From Elusimicrobiota bacterium (lineage in GTDB: Bacteria; Elusimicrobiota; Elusimicrobia; UBA1565), in NCBI GenBank assembly GCA_043819795.1, contig JBDREN010000092.1:1-30551 (forward strand): a DNA stretch of 30,551 bases. The letters are read 5' to 3'. A program made the position numbers and the translations under genes. Of the stretch, positions 1 through 9,965 are shown in pieces. The notes under the pieces were generated by a model, which was given only the letters and a program-made list of their open reading frames with translations, did no database searches and was not told the origin of the DNA. Every line of letters starts with the position of its first letter. Position 1 is the stretch's first letter.

Positions 1-304
1 CAAGCTGGGCTTCGAGGTGCTCAAGGGCGAGAACGGCTACGAGGCCGTCGCCATGGTGCATTTTCACAAGCCCCGCCTGCTCATCCTGGACGTGGAGATG
101 CCGGCCAAGGACGGCTTCAGCGTGCTCGCCGACCTCCAGAAGGCGAAGCATCGCCCCTACATCATCATCCTCTCGGCCTACGAGGACGCTCCGAACCGGG
201 AGCGCGCCTTATCCCTCGGCGCCGACGAGGTCCTGTCCAAGCCATTCAACGCCGCGGACCTGATGCGGAAGATCGAGGGACTCGTCAAGGAAGGAAGGAT
301 CTGA
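1..304 (+). CDS. Response regulator receiver domain protein (5' truncated by window edge)
   Basis: Frame open from position 2 (KLGFEVLKGENGYEA...); LLILDVEMP phospho-Asp motif, IIILSA, LGADEVLSKPF; TGATG overlap with next gene. Confidence 0.9.
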   Translation, partial: KLGFEVLKGENGYEAVAMVHFHKPRLLILDVEMPAKDGFSVLADLQKAKHRPYIIILSAYEDAPNRERALSLGADEVLSKPFNAADLMRKIEGLVKEGRI

Positions 305-1995
305 TGCAGGACACGATACCTTTCGACCCGCGCCACGCCACTTTGGGAGAGATCCTCACACACGTAGGCGTCATCAAGGAGTCCCAGCTCGCGGCCGCCC
401 TCAAGGAGTGCTCCCCCGACCAGAAGAACCTGGGGCAGGTGCTGGTCGCGATGGGCTTCACGACCGAGGAGAAGATCCTCAAGGCCGTCAGCATACGCAA
501 GGGCATCCCCTACTTCACGAGCTTCGATGGCATGCTGGAGCCCGAGGCGGCCGACCTGATCCCCGAGACCCTGGCCCGGAAATACCTGGCGGTGCCCATC
601 TTCAAATCCGAGGATTCGCTCACCGTGGGGATGGTGAACCCGACGGACATCGAGACCATAGACGAGCTGGCCCGCCGGACGGGCATGCGCATCCTGCCGG
701 TGATGACCACCCTCGCCAACGTGTTCGCGACCGTCGAGCAGGTCTACGGGGGCGAGTCCATCGTCGAGCACGAGGGTCCCGACGAGGCCGCGCGGGAGGT
801 CAACGAGAAGGTCGTGCGCTTCCAGGCCGAGGACAGCTCGGTCGTGGGGATGGTCCAGCGCCTGCTCCGGGAGTCGATGTCCAAGCGGGCCAGCGACATC
901 CATGTGGAGCCGACGGGAAAGGACCTGCGCGTGCGCTTCCGCGTGGACGGGATGCTGATCGAGGGCCGGACCTACGACAAGGACATGGAGTCCGCGCTCA
1001 TCGCCCGCATCAAGATCCTCGCCAAGATGGACATCACCGAGACCCGCCTGCCGCAGGACGGGCACATGGCCTTCGACTACGGGGGGCGGTCCGTGGACAT
1101 CCGGGTCTCCTCGCTGCCCACGGTCTACGGAGAGAAGGTCGTGATGCGCGTGCTGGACGCCTCCACCGCGCTGCGCAAGCTCTCGGAGCTGGGGCTGGCC
1201 GACGACATCGGCAGGGGCTTCAGTGCCGCCATGCGCCGGCCTACCGGGATGCTCCTGGTGACCGGGCCGACCGGCTCCGGGAAGACGACCACGCTCTACG
1301 CCGCCTTGGCGGAGCTCAACGAGATGCACCGCAATATCGTCACCCTCGAGGACCCGGTCGAGTACCGCCTGGCGGGCATCAACCAGGTACAGACCCACGC
1401 CCGGATCGGCATGACCTTCGCGGCGGGGCTCCGCTCGATCCTGCGCCAGGACCCCAACGTCGTGCTCGTCGGCGAGATCCGGGACCTGGAGACCGCGGAG
1501 ATCGCCATGCAGGCCGCGCTGACCGGCCACCTCGTATTCAGCACGCTCCACACAAACGACGCGGTCTCCACGATCCACCGGCTCATCAACATGAGGGTGG
1601 AGCCCTTCCTCATCGCGGCCGCCCTTAACGGCGTGCTGGCGCAAAGGCTCGTCCGGCGCCTCTGCGACAAATGCAAGACCCTCAGCGCCCCCACCGAGCC
1701 CGAAGCCGAGGCGCTGGGAAAAGCCGTGAAGGGCAAAAAGTTCCACGCGCCCGCCGGATGCCCGTCGTGCCAGAACAACGGCTACTCCGGCCGCCTCGCC
1801 ATCCACGAATGGCTCGCCATCGGCCGTAACGTCCGCGAGATGATCCTCAAGCGCGCCTCGCTCGACGAACTTCAGGCCTCGGCGCGGCGGGGAGGCCTGC
1901 GGAGCATCCAAGACAACGCCCTCGACAAGGCCTCGCGCGGCTTGACGTCCTTGGCCGAGGTGATCCGCGTCACGCGGGAAGAGAAGCAGGACTAG
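304..1995 (+). CDS. pilB: GspE/PilB family assembly ATPase with MshEN-like N-terminus
   Basis: ASDIHVEP, Walker A GPTGSGKTTT, LRQDPNVVLVGEIRD, GHLVFSTLHTND, CxxC...CxxC Zn motif. Confidence 0.93.
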   Translation: MQDTIPFDPRHATLGEILTHVGVIKESQLAAALKECSPDQKNLGQVLVAMGFTTEEKILKAVSIRKGIPYFTSFDGMLEPEAADLIPETLARKYLAVPIFKSEDSLTVGMVNPTDIETIDELARRTGMRILPVMTTLANVFATVEQVYGGESIVEHEGPDEAAREVNEKVVRFQAEDSSVVGMVQRLLRESMSKRASDIHVEPTGKDLRVRFRVDGMLIEGRTYDKDMESALIARIKILAKMDITETRLPQDGHMAFDYGGRSVDIRVSSLPTVYGEKVVMRVLDASTALRKLSELGLADDIGRGFSAAMRRPTGMLLVTGPTGSGKTTTLYAALAELNEMHRNIVTLEDPVEYRLAGINQVQTHARIGMTFAAGLRSILRQDPNVVLVGEIRDLETAEIAMQAALTGHLVFSTLHTNDAVSTIHRLINMRVEPFLIAAALNGVLAQRLVRRLCDKCKTLSAPTEPEAEALGKAVKGKKFHAPAGCPSCQNNGYSGRLAIHEWLAIGRNVREMILKRASLDELQASARRGGLRSIQDNALDKASRGLTSLAEVIRVTREEKQD

Positions 1996-2005
1996 CCCGA
2001 CCGGC

Positions 2006-3274
2006 ATGCCTCGCTACCGCTTCAAGGCGCTAGACAAGCAGGGCAAGCCCACCGAAGGCGCCTCCACCGCCGCCAACGTCTCCGAGCTCTCCTCCATCCT
2101 CAAGAGCCAGGGCCTTTTCCTGATGGAAAGCCGCGAGGAGAAGTCGGAAGAGGCGGTCCTCGCGCCCCCGGGCGCGGCCTCCCTGGCCGACGCTCCCCGG
2201 ACCGCGGCCGAAGCCCCCCGCCATGCGCGCTCCGAGGACACGGTCCCCATGGAGGATGCGACCCTCTTCACGACGCAGCTCGCCATCATGGTGCGCACCG
2301 CCATGCCGATCCTCGAGTCGCTCCAGGTCCTCGCGCGGCAGCAGCCGAACCCGGTCTTCCGGTCCGTCATCCAGGAGATCTCCCGGAGCGTCCAGCACGG
2401 GCAGACCCTTTCGCTGGCCTTCTCGCGCTATCCCCGGATATTCGATCAGGTCTTCGTGAGCCTGCTGGCGGCCGGGGAGGCCGGGGGCAACATGGACAAG
2501 ATGCTCCTGCGCATCAGCGAGTACCTGCAGTTCCAGCGCGGCATCAAGACCAAGGTCCGCGCCGCGCTCCTGTATCCCTGCATCGTGGTCGCGGCGGGCC
2601 TCTCGGTGGTGTTGTTTTTGATGCTGTTCATCCTGCCCACCTTCGTGGAGGTGTTCGGCCAGTTCGATATCAAGCTCCCGATCCCCACGCGCGTGCTGAT
2701 GGTCTTGAGCGACCACCTGAGGACCTGGTGGCTCGCGTATCTCGCGGGCACGGCGCTGGCCTGGGCCTACTTCCGCCGATGGCTCCGGGATCCGGCTCAC
2801 GTGCGCGCGGTCCACGCCTTCCAGCTGCGGCTGCCCGTGGCCGGGCTGCTGGTCCGCAACATCGTGCTGACCCGCATCCTGAGGACCTTGTCCTCGCTGG
2901 TGTCGAGCGGAGTGCCCATACTCAGGTCGCTGGACCTGGCCCGGGACTCGGCGGGCAACATCGTCTTCCAGGAGCTCCTGGGCCGGGTGTACCGCAGCGC
3001 CAACGAGGGGAAGGGCCTGGCGTCCGCCCTCAAGGGGCATCCCCACTTCCCGGAGTCCGTGGCGGACATGATCGCCAACGCCGAGAAGTCCGGCACCCTC
3101 CCGGAGGTGCTGGAAAACGTCGCCGACTACTACGAGTCCGAGACGGACACGGCCATCAAGAACCTCTTCTCCGTGATCGAGCCCATCTTCGTCGTCTTCC
3201 TGGGCCTGATGGTGGGCGGCATCGCGATCGCCATACTCCTGCCGATCTTCGAGCTGAGCACGGGGTTCCAGTGA
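2006..3274 (+). CDS. pilC: GspF/PilC family inner-membrane platform protein
   Basis: MPRYRFKALD start, AGEAGGNM, ALLYP, IEPIFVVFLG...LLPIF; follows pilB. Confidence 0.93.
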   Translation: MPRYRFKALDKQGKPTEGASTAANVSELSSILKSQGLFLMESREEKSEEAVLAPPGAASLADAPRTAAEAPRHARSEDTVPMEDATLFTTQLAIMVRTAMPILESLQVLARQQPNPVFRSVIQEISRSVQHGQTLSLAFSRYPRIFDQVFVSLLAAGEAGGNMDKMLLRISEYLQFQRGIKTKVRAALLYPCIVVAAGLSVVLFLMLFILPTFVEVFGQFDIKLPIPTRVLMVLSDHLRTWWLAYLAGTALAWAYFRRWLRDPAHVRAVHAFQLRLPVAGLLVRNIVLTRILRTLSSLVSSGVPILRSLDLARDSAGNIVFQELLGRVYRSANEGKGLASALKGHPHFPESVADMIANAEKSGTLPEVLENVADYYESETDTAIKNLFSVIEPIFVVFLGLMVGGIAIAILLPIFELSTGFQ

Positions 3275-3765
3275 GCAAGGGCTCGGTCCTCATCGAGGCC
3301 TCCTTCACCTACGTCCTGCTGTCCTTCGCCCTGGTCGCCCTGATGTCCGTCTTCCTCGTCACGATCCGGGCCAACAAGGACACCGAGCGCGTGGCCGCGG
3401 GGACCCAGCTGTCGGTGCAGCTCCTGGAGGAGGTGCGCCTGCGCCGGTGGGACGAGACGACGCCGACGCCCCGGGCGCCGGCCACCCCCAGCGCCATCGG
3501 CGCCGACGACGGCGAGGCCGCTGCGGACAAGGCCGGCTTCGACGACATCGACGATTTCGACGGCTACTCCGAGAGCCCGCCGGCCGACCCGCTGGGACAG
3601 CCCATCGCGGAGATGGCCGGCTACACCCGCGACGTCGCCGTCGCCTACGTGGACTCCTCGCTGCAGCCCGACGCGGGCGTGACGGACTACAAGCGCGTGA
3701 CGGTCTGCTCGCGATGGCCCAAGATGAGGCCCGTATGCCTGGACACCGTGCTCACCAACCGCTGA
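3271..3765 (+). CDS. Minor pilin, PilV/GspI-like
   Basis: GTGA overlap with pilC stop; class III signal KG|SVLIE plus hydrophobic helix; DDIDDFDG and YKRVTV motifs. Confidence 0.75.
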   Translation: MSKGSVLIEASFTYVLLSFALVALMSVFLVTIRANKDTERVAAGTQLSVQLLEEVRLRRWDETTPTPRAPATPSAIGADDGEAAADKAGFDDIDDFDGYSESPPADPLGQPIAEMAGYTRDVAVAYVDSSLQPDAGVTDYKRVTVCSRWPKMRPVCLDTVLTNR

Positions 3766-4265
3766 ACCGCGGCTTCACCCTCATCGAGCTCGCCGTGGGC
3801 GTGGCCGTTCTGGGCACTTTGGTGCTCCTGATCGCGGGGCTCTTCCGCGCCGGCGCGGTGACCTCCGAATACACCCTGCGCCATACCTTCGCTTTGGCCA
3901 ACGCCCGGAAGTCATTCCAGGGCGAAGGAAGCCGGCGCGGATTGGTATGGGGGGCGCAGAACGCGAGGAAGGTCCGCGCGCTGTCGGCGGGGGCCCTATC
4001 GACGAAGGACGCCGCCAACGACGACGTGGACTACACCCTCTCGAAGGGAAAAATCCTGCGCTCCCAGCTGGGAACGCAGCGGAGCCTGTCCGAGGGCATC
4101 GAGTCCGTCGAGTTCAAGTACTACAACCTCGCCGACGACGGCACGGTGATCGAGTCCACGGCCCCGGAGTCCGCCGCCATGGTCACGGCCATGATTTCGA
4201 TCAAGGGCAGCCGCGGCAATACCTACCGGTTCCTGTCCGGCGCGGCGCTGCGCAACCGCCCATGA
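3735..4265 (+). CDS. Minor pilin, PilW/GspJ-like (start uncertain: ATG 3735 or CTG 3762)
   Basis: RG|FTLIELAVGVAVLG N-methylation motif. Confidence 0.8.
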   Translation: MPGHRAHQPLNRGFTLIELAVGVAVLGTLVLLIAGLFRAGAVTSEYTLRHTFALANARKSFQGEGSRRGLVWGAQNARKVRALSAGALSTKDAANDDVDYTLSKGKILRSQLGTQRSLSEGIESVEFKYYNLADDGTVIESTAPESAAMVTAMISIKGSRGNTYRFLSGAALRNRP

Positions 4266-5401
4266 AAGATCGCGGGTCGGCTCTGATATCGACGCTGATG
4301 ATCGTTACGGCCCTTTCGGTGCTATCGGTCACGGCGTACCGCCTTACCCGCACGCAGGTGCGCGAGTCCGTCTACTTCAAGCGCCTGGCCCAGGCCCACG
4401 CCGTCGCCGAGGCGGGCCTGGAGGACGCCCTGCTCCAGCTGAGGCGCAACGTCAACTGGAGGACCGGCTTCAGCAACAAGCCCTTCGCCGGGGGAAGCTA
4501 CACCGTCACCCTCTCGGCCGACAAACCGCCGTGGGTCCTTTCCACCGGCCGCTCGGCCCCCGTCGCGGCCTTCGGCCCGGCGGTGAAGACCGTCCGGGTC
4601 CTCGCCCGCCTGGAATACTTCTGGACCGAAGCCGGCTCGACCGCCATCTTCGCGAACCAGACCCTCAAGAACGACGGGCTCATCGACGCCTACAACTCCG
4701 CCACGGACCCCGATCCCGCGAGCTTCGGCTTCGGGGCCAACCTATGGTCCAACGGAAACATCATCCTCAGGAAAGGCGAAGGCATCCGCATCCGGGGCAA
4801 CGTCTCCTTTTACTCGGGCGAGGTGCCGAGGCCTCAGGAGGTGGAGGGCGGGGTGCTGAAGACCACGTTCACGGTGACGCTCCCGTTCTATAGCGGCGCG
4901 GCCTACATCGCCGCCAACGACAACGCGACCGGCATCAGCCCGGCTTCCGCCTACAACGCCGGCTCGAAGACCCTCACGGTCCCGTCGGGGACGACCGTGA
5001 CCATGGCGCCCGGAAACTACTATCTCAACGGCATCCAGGTCCAGGGGACCCTGCGGGTCGACAACGGCGCGGGGCCGGCGTCCATATATCTCGCCGGGCC
5101 CATGGCCGTCGCGGCGGGAGGCTCCGTGGTCAACGTCTCCAAGCTTCCTGCGCGCCTGGCCGTCTACGGGCAGGCCGCCCTCGATATCACCCTTTACTCC
5201 GGCGCTCCCCTGCGCGCCGCCATCACGGCGCGCGACGCCGCCGTCACGCTCGGCCAGACGTACTACGGGACGATGGTGTGCCGCACCGTGGACATGAAAA
5301 GCGCCGCCGTATTCCACGCCGACACGCCGCAGACCGGCGCCCTGGAGGCCAAGGTGCATTGGGAGCCGGGCTCCTGGTCGGCCAGCCACCGGAGGCAATG
5401 A
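4262..5401 (+). CDS. PilX/GspK-like minor pilin with beta-rich C-terminal domain
   Basis: ATGA overlap; RG|SALIS (no Glu5), AHAVAEAGLEDAL PilX N-terminal motif; PGNYY...L.V beta-rich C-terminus. Confidence 0.8.
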   Translation: MKDRGSALISTLMIVTALSVLSVTAYRLTRTQVRESVYFKRLAQAHAVAEAGLEDALLQLRRNVNWRTGFSNKPFAGGSYTVTLSADKPPWVLSTGRSAPVAAFGPAVKTVRVLARLEYFWTEAGSTAIFANQTLKNDGLIDAYNSATDPDPASFGFGANLWSNGNIILRKGEGIRIRGNVSFYSGEVPRPQEVEGGVLKTTFTVTLPFYSGAAYIAANDNATGISPASAYNAGSKTLTVPSGTTVTMAPGNYYLNGIQVQGTLRVDNGAGPASIYLAGPMAVAAGGSVVNVSKLPARLAVYGQAALDITLYSGAPLRAAITARDAAVTLGQTYYGTMVCRTVDMKSAAVFHADTPQTGALEAKVHWEPGSWSASHRRQ

Positions 5402-5404
5402 TTC

Positions 5405-5435
5405 AGCGCCTCAAGCGCTTCGCGCTTGAGACGCT
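5405..5435 (+). repeat. 31-nt palindromic element, copy 1
   Basis: AGCGCCTCAAGCGC-TTC-GCGCTTGAGACGCT, 14-bp stem with one mismatch; related to 12428-12458. Confidence 0.7.
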
Positions 5436-5477
5436 CGCGCCTTGGCGCGGGCTCGGAAATCTGGGATAATCCTGCCC

Positions 5478-6947
5478 ATGGAAACGCGGCAGTCAGAGAT
5501 CCGATTCGCCCGCCTCGTACCCCTGCTGACCGGCCTGGGGGCGCTGGCCCTCTACCTGGCGCTGCCTTCGCATTACTACAACTTCGACGGGGTGGCCTGC
5601 GCCATCGCCGTCGAGCTGGGGGACCTCAAGCATCTCGTCCACGGCAACCACCTGCTCTACGGGGTCGCGGGCCATGCCTTCCACCAGGCGCTTCTGGCTT
5701 TGGGCATCCCCATAAGCGCTCTCAAGGCGCTGCACTTGATGGACTCGCTTCTGGGCGCGGCGGGGGCCGGGCTGATGTGCGGCCTGCTGCGCCGGCAGAA
5801 GTTCCCGGACTGGATCGCGGCTCTATGCGCCGCGGGGATGGCTGTGACCTACGGCTGGTGGCTGTGGAGCCTGGAAGCGCAGGTCTACATCCTGGGGACG
5901 TTCTTCTTGCTGCTGTCTTTGGACGAAGCCCTCCGGGACCGGCCCGCCCCCTACCGCCTGGCCCTGTACCACGCTTTGGCCATGCTCTCGCACGCCTCCC
6001 ACGCGCTCTTCGCCCCGGTCGCGCTCTACGCGCTCTGGCGGTCCCATGCGGACCGGGCCGGGCTGCGCCGGGCCCTCAGCCGCTATCTCCTGACGGCGAC
6101 GATCATCGTGGTGGCCGCCTACCTCGCCGCCGCCGTTTGGTGGGTGCGTCCGGCGGACATGGGGGAGCTCCGCGTCTGGCTCTTGGGCAGCGCGGCCCTC
6201 GGCCCCGGCCGCACGTTCCTTTGGTACAACGCGAGCGGGCCGATCGACGCCGTAACGACCTGGTGCGAGACCGGGGCCCGCCTGGTCGCTCCGTGGCGCC
6301 TGCTGGCGCTGCCCCTTTGGGGGGCGGCCCTATGGGCCCTCGCGTTCGCGCGCGAGCGGCGTCTGGTGTGGAGCGCGTGGCTCTGGATCCCCGCCTACGC
6401 GCCTCTCTTCCTGACGTATGAGCCCTACAACCTCGACTACCGCCTCGGCGACCTCATCCCGCTCTGGCTTATGGCGGCCCTAGCCGTGCGCCGCTTGACC
6501 GAGATCCCCTACGGCAAGGCCATCTCCCTGCTCTACGTCCTGACGCTGGGGACGGCTAACCTGGCCGCGGGCATCCTCCCCGCGAGCCGGGCCGAGGGGA
6601 ACCGCACGCTGCAGAAGGCCCTCTGGCTGGCCGAGACCACCCCGCAGGACGCCTGGATCGCGGCCATGGCCTACGACGAGGTCTACATCCCCTACTTCGC
6701 CCTCCGCCATCCCCTGAACCTCCGGTATTTCCAGGGGCGCGAGGACGCCCTCGGCGCGCGCATCCGGCGGCTGGAGGGCGAGGGACGGCCCGTCTACGTC
6801 ACCTCGGACATCTTCCCCTTCGGCTGGCGGGAGGCGTTCTCGCGCATGCGCCTCCAGGAAAGCGGACGTCTGGGAGACGTGATCCTGTACCGCGTTTCGG
6901 CGCCTGTGGATCAGAGGCCGAAGGGAAAACCGAAGGGCAGAAGGTAG
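5478..6947 (+). CDS. Polytopic membrane protein, probable GT-C fold glycosyltransferase (DUF2723/PMT-like)
   Basis: About 10-12 hydrophobic segments; acidic first loop YYNFDG...HGNHLLY; EAQVY motif; soluble C-terminal domain. Confidence 0.6.
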   Translation: METRQSEIRFARLVPLLTGLGALALYLALPSHYYNFDGVACAIAVELGDLKHLVHGNHLLYGVAGHAFHQALLALGIPISALKALHLMDSLLGAAGAGLMCGLLRRQKFPDWIAALCAAGMAVTYGWWLWSLEAQVYILGTFFLLLSLDEALRDRPAPYRLALYHALAMLSHASHALFAPVALYALWRSHADRAGLRRALSRYLLTATIIVVAAYLAAAVWWVRPADMGELRVWLLGSAALGPGRTFLWYNASGPIDAVTTWCETGARLVAPWRLLALPLWGAALWALAFARERRLVWSAWLWIPAYAPLFLTYEPYNLDYRLGDLIPLWLMAALAVRRLTEIPYGKAISLLYVLTLGTANLAAGILPASRAEGNRTLQKALWLAETTPQDAWIAAMAYDEVYIPYFALRHPLNLRYFQGREDALGARIRRLEGEGRPVYVTSDIFPFGWREAFSRMRLQESGRLGDVILYRVSAPVDQRPKGKPKGRR

Positions 6948-7702
6948 AAGAAGTTGAAGGCCGCCCCGAGGCTCAGGAATGGGCCGAAAGGGATCGGGTC
7001 CTGGCGCCGGACCTTGCCCTTGAGCAGAAGCGCCCCCCCGTAGATCGAGCCCGCCAAAGAGCCCAGAAGCAGGCAGTCGAAAGCCCCGAGCGCGCCGGTC
7101 CACGCCCCCACCGCGGCCAGAAGCTTGATGTCCCCGCCGCCCATCGCCTCCTTCTTGAAGAGGAACCGCCCGAATTCGGCCACCGCCCAGCAGAGGAGGA
7201 AGCCGCCGGCCGCGCTCCCCAGCGACACGGCGATCCGCCACAGGGCCCCCCCGGAGAAGAAAGGATTGACCGGCGCGCCGATGATCCCCGCGGCGAGCAG
7301 GCCCAAAGACAGCTCGTTCGGGATCAGGTACGTGCGCAGGTCGATGAAGGCGACGGCCGTGAGCGCCGCCAACGCGCACAGGGCCAAGAGCACCCAAAGC
7401 CAATCCCCCTGCCAGCGCCACCACAGGCCCAGCGCGGAGCCGCCCACGATGGCCTCGACCAGGGGATAGCGGCCCGAGATCGGCTTGCCGCAATGCCGGC
7501 AGCGGCCGCGCAGGAGGACGTAGCTGACCAGCGGGATGTTGTCGTAGAAGGCGATCTGCTTGCGGCAGCGGGGGCAGTGCGAACGCGGCCGGACCAGCGA
7601 CCTGCCGCGCGGCAGGCGGTGGATGACGACATTGATGAAGCTGCCCAGGCAGAGCCCCAGGGCGGTCCAGAACGCCGGTGCTACGTCGTTTGCCGTTATC
7701 AC
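6911..7702 (-). CDS. pilD: Prepilin peptidase/N-methyltransferase (probable GTG start 7702)
   Basis: GSFINVVIHRLP, SHCPRC, GRCRHC, FIDLRTYLIP, MGGGDIKL, IPFGPFL. Confidence 0.95.
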   Translation of the reverse strand: MITANDVAPAFWTALGLCLGSFINVVIHRLPRGRSLVRPRSHCPRCRKQIAFYDNIPLVSYVLLRGRCRHCGKPISGRYPLVEAIVGGSALGLWWRWQGDWLWVLLALCALAALTAVAFIDLRTYLIPNELSLGLLAAGIIGAPVNPFFSGGALWRIAVSLGSAAGGFLLCWAVAEFGRFLFKKEAMGGGDIKLLAAVGAWTGALGAFDCLLLGSLAGSIYGGALLLKGKVRRQDPIPFGPFLSLGAAFNFFYLLPFGFPFGL

Positions 7703-7704
7703 AT

Positions 7705-7745
7705 CAAAAGCGACCGGGGCCCCCGGTTCCACCCGGGGGCCCCGG
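7705..7745 (-). terminator. Intrinsic terminator/attenuator hairpin between pilA and pilD
   Basis: Perfect 13-bp stem 7714-7726/7733-7745, 6-nt loop, followed on the minus strand by TCGCTTTT. Confidence 0.7.
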
Positions 7746-7765
7746 CATTCCTTGATCTAGCGGGC

Positions 7766-8209
7766 TCAGTACGACGTCCAGACGTTGCCCTTCGAGTCCG
7801 TGTGGGTGCAGTTCACCCACAAAGTCCCGTAGTTCGCATCGCCCCCGACGTTGTTGTACCGCCAGCCGGGGTCCCCATCACCTATCGTCGACGCGTTGAT
7901 GAACGTGCTGTTGTCGCTGTGGTAGTTCGGGGTCTTCGCCTTGGGAATCGCCGACATGTACTTCCCAGACGCCGTCAGCGAGCTCGCGTTCAGGGGGTAG
8001 TATCCCTCCATGTCCCCGTAGTAGATGCTCAGGGCGGAGCGGATAGCCCCCAGGTTCCCCTTGGTGGCGCCTTCGTTGGACTTCCTGATCAGGTCGGCGA
8101 ACTTGGGGATGGCAATTGCGGCCAATATACCAATGATAGCTACCACGATCATCAACTCGATGAGCGTGAAGCCCCGTTTCGCCTTCCTGGCCTGCATCTG
8201 TTTCAGCAT
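7766..8209 (-). CDS. pilA: Type IV major pilin
   Basis: RG|FTLIELMIVVAIIGILAAIAIPKF; strong RBS GGAGGGAGG; own promoter and downstream hairpin. Confidence 0.9.
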   Translation of the reverse strand: MLKQMQARKAKRGFTLIELMIVVAIIGILAAIAIPKFADLIRKSNEGATKGNLGAIRSALSIYYGDMEGYYPLNASSLTASGKYMSAIPKAKTPNYHSDNSTFINASTIGDGDPGWRYNNVGGDANYGTLWVNCTHTDSKGNVWTSY

Positions 8210-8308
8210 GCTTCCTCCCTCCTCTGTACCGGTATCATCAATTAAGGAGTAAGTCGTACTACCCGGTACTCATGGAGAAACACGCCAAGTGTCTGCGGTA
8301 ATAAGCTT

Positions 8309-8337
8309 AGTTTAACCGGCAACCGCTCTAATGTCAA
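8309..8337 (-). promoter_or_regulatory. Sigma70-type promoter of pilA
   Basis: TTGACA (8337-8332) - 17 nt - TAAACT (8314-8309). Confidence 0.8.
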
Positions 8338-8354
8338 GGGGAATTTCCGTGACT

Positions 8355-9947
8355 TTAGTCCCCCTCCCCCTCCCCCCCGTCGGAAAGAGGGGTCAGCTCG
8401 TAGAGCGCCGCCGCCTCCCCGGGCGCCCTGTGGACCGCCCGGAACCCCGCCCCCCCAAGCTCCGCGCCCGCGTTCCGGAGCATGCGGCTGGCGCGGAACG
8501 CGGGGCCCAGCGAGGACCCGAGGCCCGGGGGCCGCTGCCAAAGGACGTAGCGGACCCTGTGGGCCCGGAGGGTCTCGGCCAACGCGCCCTCCGCGCAGAA
8601 CGGCAGGGGGACGAAGGGACGACCCGTATAGTAGGCGTCGCGGGTGTAGAAGGCCGCGGCGAAGAGCGCCTCCTGGGGCGTGTTGTCGCGGATCCACGCG
8701 TAGGTCCGGCTCAACTCGGGCCGGCCCCGCGCGGAGGCGGCCCGGACGAAGGCCGTGCCCTTGGCCGGGAGCGGCAGAAGCGTCGCCGCGGCGAAAACGA
8801 CGGCCGCGATCCGCTCGGACCGCGCCACGCGGACCACCGCATGCCACAAGCCCCAGATGAGGAAAGGCAGGTACGGCAGCAGGTAGCGGTCGTACCACCA
8901 GGGCCACGCCAGATGCAGCGCGATGCCGCCCAGGAGGAACAGCGCTCCCGCGTCGCAGCCCCCGCGGCGCAGAAGGAGCCCCACGCCCGCGAGAGACATG
9001 ACCGCCAGCAGGCAGCCCAAAGCGAGCGCCGCGCCGGGATGCGGGGCCCCGGGCCCCCATGGAAGCAGCGTGTCCCCCCACAGCGTCAGCGCGGCGACCA
9101 GATTGTCCCGCGCCACCCCGAGCCAAACGGCCGGCCCCGTCCCCCAGAGCGTCATGGACAGCTCCTGCGCCTCGGCGAGCCGGGCGCCCTTGGCCCCCAC
9201 CCAGGCCCGCCACGCCAGGATCGGCGCCAAGGCGACGGCCGCGGACCAGGCCGCGTCGCGGCGTCTGCCTTTCCAAAGGTACCAGCACCAGACCGCGGGC
9301 AGAAGCGGCAGGGCTCCGGGCCGTATCAGAAACGCGAATCCCAACAGAAGCCCGGAGACCCCGCCCGCCAACCCGGGAACGAATTCCGGACCGGCGCGGT
9401 GCCCGGCGTCATCGCCGGGTAGAAGGGTCCGGCCGCGCTCAAGCAACAAGAGCGTCGCCAGCGTCACGGCCAGGAACGGGACCTCGCTCATCACGACGCC
9501 GGCGCGCGCGAGGACGAGCGGGTTGAGCGCGAAAAGCGCCGTGGCCGCGGCCGCCGCCGGAGCGCGCATGCGCCGCCTGAACCAGAGCCACGCGAGCAGG
9601 TCGCAAAGAGCGAGCCATCCCCAAGCCCAGAGCTCGTAGCCGAGAGAGGCCTCCGGCGCCACGGCGGCGGCGGGCGTCAGCAGCAGCGGCCATCCGGGCG
9701 TCACGAAGGTCAGCGGCGGATCGCCGGGGCTGACGCCGAGCGAATAGCGGCCTTCGAGGAGGGCGCGGGCGGCCAGCACGTACTGGACGTCGTCGTGCTC
9801 CCGGCCCAAGTAATGGCCCGGCACGCACAGCAATTGAAGGACGGCGAGCAGGCCGATCAGGGCGAGCGCGGCCAAAGGAGTCGACGAGCCGCATCGTCCC
9901 GCCGAAGGCGGGGCGTCCGGAAGCGGACGGTGGCTCGAGAGAGGCAA
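8355..9947 (-). CDS. GT-C fold (ArnT/PMT-like) membrane glycosyltransferase; start uncertain (TTG 9947 or 9875)
   Basis: EHDDVQYVLAARAL acidic loop motif, PGWPLLL, MSEVPF, DRYLLP, many TM segments. The ORF-track extension to 10043 runs through the tRNA and is not real. Confidence 0.7.
   Translation of the reverse strand: MPLSSHRPLPDAPPSAGRCGSSTPLAALALIGLLAVLQLLCVPGHYLGREHDDVQYVLAARALLEGRYSLGVSPGDPPLTFVTPGWPLLLTPAAAVAPEASLGYELWAWGWLALCDLLAWLWFRRRMRAPAAAAATALFALNPLVLARAGVVMSEVPFLAVTLATLLLLERGRTLLPGDDAGHRAGPEFVPGLAGGVSGLLLGFAFLIRPGALPLLPAVWCWYLWKGRRRDAAWSAAVALAPILAWRAWVGAKGARLAEAQELSMTLWGTGPAVWLGVARDNLVAALTLWGDTLLPWGPGAPHPGAALALGCLLAVMSLAGVGLLLRRGGCDAGALFLLGGIALHLAWPWWYDRYLLPYLPFLIWGLWHAVVRVARSERIAAVVFAAATLLPLPAKGTAFVRAASARGRPELSRTYAWIRDNTPQEALFAAAFYTRDAYYTGRPFVPLPFCAEGALAETLRAHRVRYVLWQRPPGLGSSLGPAFRASRMLRNAGAELGGAGFRAVHRAPGEAAALYELTPLSDGGEGEGD
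9895..9915. repeat. CCCGCC-GAA-GGCGGG palindrome, copy 1
   Basis: Identical 15-nt core also present within 12383-12403. Confidence 0.65.
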
Positions 9948-9965
9948 TGGAAAGGACCTGTTGGA

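Noticed and set aside
5398..5469. 23-aa ORF with GGAGG and ATGA overlap (also a 16-aa ORF at 12378-12428)
   Set aside because: Mostly made of palindromic element sequence, GGAGG spacing is too short, and there is no independent support
7766..8209. Conductive e-pilin candidate (about 11% aromatic; F1, F24, Y50, Y51, Y57)
   Set aside because: Positions 27 and 32 are Leu and Asn, the pilin is full length, and no cytochrome genes are in the window
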